Shown here: positions 1 through 7,401 of the stretch, piece after piece
Layout of the letters: every line of letters starts with the position of its first letter
Numbering within the stretch: the first letter of the stretch is position 1
Origin: Chloroflexota bacterium
Lineage (GTDB): Bacteria > Chloroflexota > Anaerolineae > Aggregatilineales > Phototrophicaceae
NCBI GenBank assembly: GCA_026707665.1
Contig: JAPOWK010000093.1
Span: 12,137 to 76,136 of the forward strand
Length of the DNA: 64,000 bases
Direction of reading: 5' to 3'
Notes under the pieces: generated by a model
Told to the model about the DNA's origin: nothing
Database searches by the model: none
Seen by the model: only the letters and a program-made list of their open reading frames with translations
Translations under genes and position numbers: made by a program

Positions 1-524
1 ACCGTCCGCACCAGGACCGAATACAAGCCCCAGGTGACGGCGGAGACCGCGAGAAAGACATTGCCGAGGAAACTGTCCGAGCTGAAGTCGGCGGCGGCGG
101 GATTCAATATCACGACTACACCGAGGCTCGACAATACGATGCTGGCGAGACGCGCCCTCGTCAGCCGTTCCCGCAGCAATAGCATCGCGAACAAGACGAC
201 AAAAGCCGGCGACGCGCTGGTGACCAGGGCGCCATTCAAAGCCGTCGACAGGTCGGTGCCTACAAACTGCGTTCCCAAGCTGATGCCCAGACCGACGGCG
301 CCAATGCCCAGCATCTCTGCTTTAGTCTGACCGTCAGCGACGGCTTGCCCTCTTGCCCGGTTTAGCGGGAGCAAAACCAGCAGCGCCAGAAGAATGCGCA
401 GCGTCAGCAAAGTAAACGGAGGGACGGAAACGAGCGTCACATCAGAAACGACATACATGCCGCCCCAGATGCTCGCAGCGGAAATGCCGTATACGGCGCC
501 GCGCAGAAGTTCCGACTTCGACAT
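1..524 (-). CDS. EamA/DMT-family transporter, N-terminal part (gene continues beyond the window start)
   Basis: My reverse-strand translation from the ATG (complement of 522-524) reads MSKSELLRGAVYGISAASIWGGMYVVSDVTLVSVPPFTLLTLRILLALLVLLP...ASPAFVVLFAMLLLRERLT...AVSAVTWGLYSVLVRT. It contains several hydrophobic helices in an EamA-like pattern. It is missing from the ORF track because it has no stop inside the window. The + ORF 34..330 is its antisense shadow. Confidence 0.6.
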   Translation of the reverse strand, partial: MSKSELLRGAVYGISAASIWGGMYVVSDVTLVSVPPFTLLTLRILLALLVLLPLNRARGQAVADGQTKAEMLGIGAVGLGISLGTQFVGTDLSTALNGALVTSASPAFVVLFAMLLLRERLTRARLASIVLSSLGVVVILNPAAADFSSDSFLGNVFLAVSAVTWGLYSVLVRT

Positions 525-610
525 CGCTGCCTGATCCAAGTCGTTCCAAGCAAATAATGAGTATGATTGCAGTATGGACGCAATCCTCAAAACAACGAAA
601 GGCTGTAGGG

Positions 611-683
611 GCAAGCCGGTGGCTCGCCCGCTTTTCTAAAGATAGCTTGTCAGTTTTCGCATGACCAACTTGGTTTTAGTTAC
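611..683. repeat. Copy A of a ~75-bp repeat (GC hairpin plus conserved tail TTTCGCATGACNAACTTGGTTYTA), upstream of the TIR-NTPase-HEAT gene
   Basis: gcaagccggtggctcgccc...cagttttcgcatgaccaacttggttttagttac aligns by eye with 7326-7400. Its 3' ~30 bp also aligns with 60648-60678. Confidence 0.7.
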
Positions 684-855
684 GTGAATGCAAGCAAGAA
701 TCTTAGCCGACGCTGCCTGACCGGGACAGCCTTCGTTGCGATGAGAACGAGAAGATTGACGGCGATATTCGATATCTGCCTATCGAGCCAAGAGTATAAT
801 TCTCTTAGCACATCGTAATGCCTGCGCGCCGAGGGCTTCAGTCATCAACGAGAGC

Positions 856-3800
856 TTGATTTATCTTTCCTACCATAACATTGATTTGGCCTACGCCTTT
901 CAATTGTCGAACTTGCTGATTCGCTATTATCGCAACGTCTGGCTGGATCGCTTTGAAATCGGACTGACCGAAGACTGGCGCGCCAACATCCTTGAGGCGC
1001 GGTCGCGGGCGACCGGCGTCATAGTTGTGGTCAGCGATGATTACCTTCAGTCGCCCTATTGCCGCGCTGAGTTCGAGACCTTCCAGGAGCGCGGCATTCC
1101 AGTCACCGCGGTGATTCCGCGTGACTTCTCCACCGAAATGATCGCCGACTTCACCTTCAACGACTGGATTGATTTTCGCCGCTGGTTTGACGATCCCAGC
1201 GATCTCAGCGTGGAGAATCTGTTGAGCCAGGTTCCGCAATCGGAGTCGGTCGCCAAGACCGGCGAACGGCTCGACTATCTTCGGGGCTTCATACAGGAAA
1301 CTGTGTTGGCGCTGTCGAAGATGCCGACGTCCTGGGCTTCGCTGCGCAATGCAGACGCGGACGGCGCGGCTGAGCTGCGACCGCGAATGATTCAGCCGGG
1401 CATGCTGACCGACTGGGACTTCAAGGGCGAAAAAGGCGGGCATTCAATCCCGATTGAGAATCTGCTGGCTTGGTCACAAGAGCAACCGCAATTCGTCATT
1501 CGCGGCGAAACCGGCAGCGGAATAACTTATTTCGCGCGGCTCCTGGCGCTTCAGCAAGCGCAAGCGGCCATTCGTGATGAGAATGAGCCGGCGCCGATAT
1601 GGCTGGACCTGGCGCGCTGGGATGGGAGTCATGGGAATCTCAGCGCGTTCATAGAGTCGCAATGGAGCCTGCTCACCTACTGGCAGCACTGGCTGGACCA
1701 GCATCAGTCCCTGATCGTACTCGACAATTGGCGTGATTTTGCCAACAGTCAGCCGGCGCTCGTCAGCGAACTAACAAGCTGGATTGACGCGAGCCCGAGC
1801 CAGCGTTTCGTCGTCGTATCCGACTTGAAGCCGGTCATGTCGCCAGATTTGCCGACCCTTCAAATCAACGGGATCAGCGCCCAACGCGCGCAGACTTTTG
1901 CCAGCGGCTGGCTGACGCTCGACCAGCAGAACAGCTTCCGCGGGATTCTGAAGCAGAAGAGCGCCTATTTCGACAATTGCCATTTGGACCATTTGTCCAT
2001 CGGCGTGGAATTGCTGACCGCCGACCGGGCGCTGGCCTTCAATCAATGGCACGAGAATCCGATGTCCGCCTTGATCGCCCTGCGAAGCCAACAGGAACCA
2101 AGCCATACTCGTGGCTTGGATAACAGGCAACTGCTGGCCGGGCTGCAACAACTCGCCTGGACGATGATGCTGCAAGACCATCATCGCTTCCTGGCGCGGG
2201 ACTCGGCGCTGAGCCAGTCGATTGATCCGAGAATCATTGACCGCGCGCTGGATCTTGGCTTGATGGATGAGAGCGGTAAGGTTCTCCGCTTTCACTGTGA
2301 GATCTTTCAATTGCACCTGGCGGCTGAGGGGCTCAAACGGGATGGCTTGAACAAGTATCTGACAAGGCCGGAATTCAGCGCCGAGGGCGAGCGCATCCCC
2401 AGGAAATGGGACAAGCTGACGCTGCTTTTGGTCGATGGCCTGGCGGAAGAGAGCCGACTGCAGGTGATTGACCAAATCGCCGACGTTGATCCCTTTATCG
2501 CGGCGGCCTGTTTGACGCGCCATCCGGAACTATCCAGCAGCTATCAGGACGCGCTGATCACGAAACTGGCGCAACTCTGCGCGCAGAATCCGGCGGCGCA
2601 GAGCGCGTTCCGCAGCGCCATCGCTGATCTGCCGAACGCGGACCTGACGGCAGAGCTGTTGATTGCTCAACTGAGCCGTTTCAACAATTCGCAGCAGTTG
2701 TGGCTCTGGCGGGAGATTCGCGCGCTGCCGCTTGAACTGCCGCTGGACTTTATCGGTCTGGTCTCGGAAGTCGATCGCGGATCGCCCGCTGCTATTTCGC
2801 AAGAGTTGACGCCATTTGGCTTATCGCGCTCCCTCGCCTATCTGGTGAAACTGTCCGCCAATCAGGATCAACGCATTCGGCGGAACGCAATCTGGATGCT
2901 GGGCGAGATTAAGTATCTGCCGACGGCGATTATCTTGCTGTCCTGCCTTGAAGAGGGCGAAGGCAGCGATCATGATGAAGTCGTCTTGGCGCTGATGAAA
3001 TACGCCTATTCCGAGCTGCTGGTTCGGGTTCTGCGCTGGTCGCAGGATCACCCGCAGCATCGGCCTGCTGTGATCAGAGCGCTCGCCGAACGCAAACGCT
3101 TGGTGACGAGCCGACTACTGGCGCTGGCCGATGCACGGCGGCTTACGCTCCAGCCCGAATTCTACGATATTGTCGTGAACACAGCCGAAGAGGACATCGC
3201 CATCGGGCTGGCGCAGCTCGCCGAAGACTCAGTCGATTTGCCTGAAACGATCGAGACGGCCATCCACAGCAAGCAGAATGCGGCTGCATTGCGCGCGCGG
3301 CTTGCCGCTTCAATCAAGCACTGGCCCAACCGCCAGGGCATTGAGCAGTTGGTGCCAATCATCGGCCGCGTGCTGAGCGATCCGCCCGAGTCGACCATTG
3401 TCGCCGGCAGCAATATTGAGGCGCTGCTCTACGGCCAGCCACTCTTCGATGATATCAAAGCGCAGGCCGAGCGGGAGACAAGCGAGGGTCTGCCTGACGC
3501 GTTGCAGGCTCAGTTGCGGCACGATGATGGGGAGCAGCGGCGCGGCGCGCTGTACAGCTTGGCTGATCATCCGGCCGATCTCGCCCTGCCCCCGCTGCTG
3601 GAAGCGTCACAGGACGAATACAAGCGCGTGCGGCTGGCTGCCTACGAAATCCTGGCTCGTTTTGAGAACGAGGAGGCGGCGCAGAAGGCGGTAAGCGCCG
3701 CCCTTGCCGATAGCGACATTGAGATTGTTGACGCTGTTATGGAGCTGCTCAAAGCGATGCCGTCGTTAGATTGCGGCGCGCTCATTGACCTGCTCGACAG

Positions 3801-4806
3801 CGAGAATCCAGACACGGTGGCGGCCGCGATTGACCTGCTCGGCTATGCGCGTCATCGACCGGCCGCGGACTATTTGCGTGAGCTTCTATCAGACGAGCGG
3901 CTGCCGGCCTATCGAGGCAAAACAATCGGGCAGCTTGCGCGACAGGCTTTGAGCCTTATCGATACATCGTTGATGGATGGCGAGCGAGGAGCTTATGCTC
4001 CGGGCAAACCCTCAAGCACGCCGGGCGGGGATGACTCGCTTGAATTCAGTGACGAAGAGAAGATCATTCGAACGCTGACCCTTCTGCGCGATGATGATTG
4101 GGGTCGGACGCAGAAGGCGGCCAAATTCTTGCGCAAATTCGCGCGACACTTGCGCGGCACGAATAATCCCGAGATTCTAAAGTTGCTCGGCGGCGCCTTG
4201 CAAGACGACAATTGGAGCGTGCGCTGGGCGAGCGCCGAGGCGCTGGCGATGCTGAACGACCGAAGCGCGATTCCCGCTTTGAGCGCTTGCATCAATGACC
4301 CGAGTTGGATCGTCCAGGTGGCGGTGGTTCGCGCGCTGGTGGAGCTCGGCGCAGTTGGATTGACGGCAAAGCTGGCGCCGCTGCTTCAGAGCTCGCGAAA
4401 AGCCGTGCGCGAAGCGACCGCTGAAGCCTTGGGAGCGCTGGGCGAAGCCGAGGCGATTCCCGCTCTTGGCGAGACGCTCAAGCGCGACGCCGATGAGTTT
4501 GTTCGCTTCGCCGCCCTAAGAGCCATCCATCAACTGGATCCAGGTGGCGCCCGCCCTCATCTGGAACTGGCGCTGAGCGACAGCAGTGTTCATTTGCGCT
4601 GGTTTGCTCTGCGCCAGTTAACATCGCAAATGAACGAGACGGATTTGCCGATTCTGAAGCAGCTGCTCAATGATCACAACAAGCCATCTTGGGAAAATGA
4701 GTCCATTCATGACCTCGCCATTTCGGCGCTGCAGCGCATCGCTACCGATGAGTCCAGGGCACTGCTTGATGCCGTCTCGCTCGCGGAAAAGCGGACGAGC
4801 CCATGA
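856..4806 (+). CDS. TIR domain / P-loop STAND NTPase / HEAT-repeat protein (1316 aa)
   Basis: TTG start at 856. The N-terminal ~120 aa are TIR-like (IYLSYHNIDLAYA..., VIVVVSDDYLQSPYCRAEFE with Glu72). Walker A is GETGSGIT (aa 217-224, nt 1504-1527) and a Walker-B-like SLIVLD lies at aa 285-290. The C-terminal ~600 aa consist of HEAT/PBS-lyase-type repeats (NWSVRWASAEALAMLNDRSAIPAL, DPSWIVQVAVVRALVELG, VREATAEALGALGEAEAIPAL). Confidence 0.8.
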   Translation: MIYLSYHNIDLAYAFQLSNLLIRYYRNVWLDRFEIGLTEDWRANILEARSRATGVIVVVSDDYLQSPYCRAEFETFQERGIPVTAVIPRDFSTEMIADFTFNDWIDFRRWFDDPSDLSVENLLSQVPQSESVAKTGERLDYLRGFIQETVLALSKMPTSWASLRNADADGAAELRPRMIQPGMLTDWDFKGEKGGHSIPIENLLAWSQEQPQFVIRGETGSGITYFARLLALQQAQAAIRDENEPAPIWLDLARWDGSHGNLSAFIESQWSLLTYWQHWLDQHQSLIVLDNWRDFANSQPALVSELTSWIDASPSQRFVVVSDLKPVMSPDLPTLQINGISAQRAQTFASGWLTLDQQNSFRGILKQKSAYFDNCHLDHLSIGVELLTADRALAFNQWHENPMSALIALRSQQEPSHTRGLDNRQLLAGLQQLAWTMMLQDHHRFLARDSALSQSIDPRIIDRALDLGLMDESGKVLRFHCEIFQLHLAAEGLKRDGLNKYLTRPEFSAEGERIPRKWDKLTLLLVDGLAEESRLQVIDQIADVDPFIAAACLTRHPELSSSYQDALITKLAQLCAQNPAAQSAFRSAIADLPNADLTAELLIAQLSRFNNSQQLWLWREIRALPLELPLDFIGLVSEVDRGSPAAISQELTPFGLSRSLAYLVKLSANQDQRIRRNAIWMLGEIKYLPTAIILLSCLEEGEGSDHDEVVLALMKYAYSELLVRVLRWSQDHPQHRPAVIRALAERKRLVTSRLLALADARRLTLQPEFYDIVVNTAEEDIAIGLAQLAEDSVDLPETIETAIHSKQNAAALRARLAASIKHWPNRQGIEQLVPIIGRVLSDPPESTIVAGSNIEALLYGQPLFDDIKAQAERETSEGLPDALQAQLRHDDGEQRRGALYSLADHPADLALPPLLEASQDEYKRVRLAAYEILARFENEEAAQKAVSAALADSDIEIVDAVMELLKAMPSLDCGALIDLLDSENPDTVAAAIDLLGYARHRPAADYLRELLSDERLPAYRGKTIGQLARQALSLIDTSLMDGERGAYAPGKPSSTPGGDDSLEFSDEEKIIRTLTLLRDDDWGRTQKAAKFLRKFARHLRGTNNPEILKLLGGALQDDNWSVRWASAEALAMLNDRSAIPALSACINDPSWIVQVAVVRALVELGAVGLTAKLAPLLQSSRKAVREATAEALGALGEAEAIPALGETLKRDADEFVRFAALRAIHQLDPGGARPHLELALSDSSVHLRWFALRQLTSQMNETDLPILKQLLNDHNKPSWENESIHDLAISALQRIATDESRALLDAVSLAEKRTSP

Positions 4807-6548
4807 AGATCTTCGTCAGTTATGCCCGTGTCGACAAGCCCTATTGCATCCGCATCATCGAAACTTTGCATGCGCACGACGTCTGGTACGACCAGCGGCT
4901 TTACGCCGGTCAAGACTGGTGGAAAGAGATCCTCCGCCGCCTGGACTGGTCGGAAGTCTTCGTCTATTTGCTGTCGCCGGATTCAGTGGCGTCGCTCTAC
5001 TGCCGCCGCGAGCTGGAGATTGCGCTGCGGTTGAAGCGCGACATCATCCCGGTGCTTATCAATGGCGACACCGTGCTGCCAGAGAATATGAAAGACTGGC
5101 AATATGTCGACCTGCGCGACAGCCTGACGGTGGAAAACGTCTCGCAACTGCTGAATGCGATTCTGCTGGTCGAACGACAGCGAGCCGGGGCCGCGCCGAC
5201 CTTAACGGTCACCAACGATGCGGCCGAAAGCAGCCCCGCCGCCACCAGCAAACCGGCTGAGCTGATCAGCGAAGCCGTAAGCGCGCTGGAAAAGGGCGAC
5301 TACGACAATGCCATCCTGTTGCTGAAACAAGCGAAAACGAGCGGTTATCAATCGCGATTCGTCAGCCTTGACAAATTGCTGCGCATCGCCGAAAGCGCGG
5401 TTGCAGATCGGACCGAGACGCGTGAAATTCAGCGAGAATACCAGCATATTGTTGCCCTGTTCGCCTTTGAAAGCACGCGCAAATTGGCTTGCGAAGCCTT
5501 GGCGGAATTCAAAAGAGAATTCGGCGATTATGATCCACAGGACTTGCAGCGCCATTGCCAGCCGGTCGCGCCGATTCGAGAATCAGCAGACGGCAGGACC
5601 CGCACACTAACGGGACCGCGCCGCGCGAACCCGGCTCAACCGACAGCGAATGACCGCGCCTCAAATCAGAAGCAAGGGCGCTCCATCGCTATTCAGGCCA
5701 GCAGCCAGGCATTGACCAGACCACGCGCTCAGAACGCGATTCCAGTTGCCGCGACAACGCAAGCCGCCAAGGTGGATGCCCCGACCATCCGTCAGATTAC
5801 CTCCTCTGATGAGGATTCGCTCGGCGTCAAGGAAGTCCTGCCTATGCTACAATGGTGCGACGTTCCTCATGGCACAGTCACCATTTCCAGCATCGTGGGC
5901 GCCGATGAAGACTTCGGCGAAGTTACCGAACAGGTGGATAATTTTGTGATGAGCAAGTTCCCGGTAACCAATGCGCAATTCGCGATATTCGCTGACGCCG
6001 AGGATGGTTATCGCAATCCTCGCTGGTGGGATTTTTCCCCGCATGCGCAGCGCTGGTTCAAATTACGCAAAGGGGTAGCCAAGTCTCGATTCAGCGGCGA
6101 CGCGCGACCGCGGGAAAACGTAAACTGGTATGAAGCAGTGGCTTTTTCCAATTGGCTCGGCAATCTGCTGGGCATGAAAATTACGCTGCCGACCATTGCC
6201 CAGTGGCAGCGCGCGGCAAAGGGCGACGATGATCGTTATTTCCCCTGGGGCGACGAATATGATGAGGAGCACTGCAATACGCTCGAAACAGGCCTCAAGA
6301 CCACCACGCCAGTGGACCGCTATCGGATGGGCGCAAGCCCTTATGGCATATATGACATGGCGGGAAATGTTTGGGAGTGGACCTCGAACACCGCGGCCGC
6401 GGCCGAAACGGGGCGAGACTTCCGGCGCGCCGTCGCTGGCGGCAGCTTTGTCAGCCCTTGTGACCGGGCGCATACGACATTTCGCTATTATCTTGATCCG
6501 CGCGTGCGCTATTCGTCGATCGGCATTCGATTGGTGGGCTTGACCTAG
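4803..6548 (+). CDS. TIR domain protein with C-terminal FGE-sulfatase (SUMF1-like) domain (581 aa)
   Basis: The ATG overlaps the upstream stop (ATGA, 4803-4806). The N-terminus is TIR-like (KIFVSYARVDKPY, VFVYLLSPDSVASLYCRRELE, Glu70). A Pro/Ala/Gln/Thr-rich linker follows. The C-terminus carries FGE-sulfatase fold motifs (PVTNAQFAIF, NVNWYEAVAFSNWLG, YDMAGNVWEWT, GGSF...IGIRLVG). Confidence 0.8.
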   Translation: MKIFVSYARVDKPYCIRIIETLHAHDVWYDQRLYAGQDWWKEILRRLDWSEVFVYLLSPDSVASLYCRRELEIALRLKRDIIPVLINGDTVLPENMKDWQYVDLRDSLTVENVSQLLNAILLVERQRAGAAPTLTVTNDAAESSPAATSKPAELISEAVSALEKGDYDNAILLLKQAKTSGYQSRFVSLDKLLRIAESAVADRTETREIQREYQHIVALFAFESTRKLACEALAEFKREFGDYDPQDLQRHCQPVAPIRESADGRTRTLTGPRRANPAQPTANDRASNQKQGRSIAIQASSQALTRPRAQNAIPVAATTQAAKVDAPTIRQITSSDEDSLGVKEVLPMLQWCDVPHGTVTISSIVGADEDFGEVTEQVDNFVMSKFPVTNAQFAIFADAEDGYRNPRWWDFSPHAQRWFKLRKGVAKSRFSGDARPRENVNWYEAVAFSNWLGNLLGMKITLPTIAQWQRAAKGDDDRYFPWGDEYDEEHCNTLETGLKTTTPVDRYRMGASPYGIYDMAGNVWEWTSNTAAAAETGRDFRRAVAGGSFVSPCDRAHTTFRYYLDPRVRYSSIGIRLVGLT

Positions 6549-6599
6549 ACTGAAGCCTTTGCCGCCACTGAAAACCAGGACTGTTGTGATGAAGGGATC

Positions 6600-7121
6600 G
6601 TGATGATGAGCGCGAATGAAGGCAAGGGGCATGGCAGCATGTCGCTGCGACCTGATATCAACATTGACATTGATCACTTGTCGGTAACCGGGCACGTAGT
6701 ATTCGCCGGGCGCGACGGCCAGGTGAAGGTGCAGACTGGCGGCGATGTCGCCCAGCACACCAACCAAACAGTGACCGTAGGCGGCGTTGAAACGACGCCG
6801 CAGGAATTCGACATGATGCTCCAATGCATACGCAATGTCGAGGACACCATCCAGAAGGAGAATCTGGCGACCGAAAACCGAGAGGCGGCGATGCATGACC
6901 TGCACACCGTAGAGGCGCAGCTATCCTCCAGCAAGAAGCCCAATCCGCGGATTCTGATGCGCGCTGCGAAATCGCTGCTGCGCTTTTCGCCCGCATTAAC
7001 CGCCGCCGCGCTGACACTCTTCGACCAACCTTTGGTTGGCGCCATACTCGCCAGCGTCGGGGAAGCCGCCATCAACTTCCAGGAGGCGATCTCGGGGCAG
7101 CGAGCCTCCAAGAAAATCTGA
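6600..7121 (+). CDS. Small hypothetical protein (173 aa) of the TIR/STAND cluster
   Basis: GTG/ATG start preceded by GAAGGGA. I recognise no family. It contains LSVTGHVVFAGRDGQVKV, which matches a segment of the next protein, followed by a helical C-terminal half. Same strand, 51 nt after the TIR-FGE gene. Confidence 0.5.
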   Translation: MMMSANEGKGHGSMSLRPDINIDIDHLSVTGHVVFAGRDGQVKVQTGGDVAQHTNQTVTVGGVETTPQEFDMMLQCIRNVEDTIQKENLATENREAAMHDLHTVEAQLSSSKKPNPRILMRAAKSLLRFSPALTAAALTLFDQPLVGAILASVGEAAINFQEAISGQRASKKI

Positions 7122-7325
7122 GTCGAATCATGCCGCAGATTTTATTCCGCGAAGCGCGCCGCCCCACCCTGCGCGCGCGTGCAAATCTCATACTCGGGCG
7201 ATCGCGGGCCCGGTTCTAAGTTTCGCTTCATACGACTCTTTAGCCGAGCAGAAGTAGTTACGAGTAAGTAATGAGAGTGATCGCCATTTGAATGCAATTT
7301 TGAATACAATGCAAAGTGTGTACGA

Positions 7326-7400
7326 GCGAGCCGGCAGCTCGCCCACTCGTGCTATAGATTTTCAGTTATTTTCGCATGACTAACTTGGTTCTACTGAGAC
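7326..7400. repeat. Copy B of the ~75-bp repeat, ending 1 nt before the NACHT gene start codon
   Basis: gcgagccggcagctcgccc...cagttattttcgcatgactaacttggttctactgagac, immediately followed by aATG (7402). Confidence 0.7.
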
Positions 7401-7401
7401 A

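Noticed and set aside
34-330. + strand ORF of 98 aa at the window start
   Set aside because: It is antisense to a much better EamA-type transporter reading frame on the minus strand. The composition is typical of a shadow ORF.
758-800. TTGACG ... TATAAT upstream of the TIR-NTPase-HEAT gene, considered as a promoter
   Set aside because: The two hexamers are ~31 nt apart, which is incompatible with a standard sigma-70 spacer. Only the TATAAT at 795-800 is notable, and it is not sufficient on its own.
6063-6905. Long antisense ORFs inside clearly assigned genes (for example 6063..6905 -, 9232..10146 -, 15289..16248 -, 28316..29350 -, 33095..33937 +, 38341..39207 -, 58812..59699 +)
   Set aside because: Each lies opposite a gene with strong family motifs. 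High GC suppresses stop codons in non-coding frames. The products are Arg/Ala/Gly-rich with no recognisable motifs.
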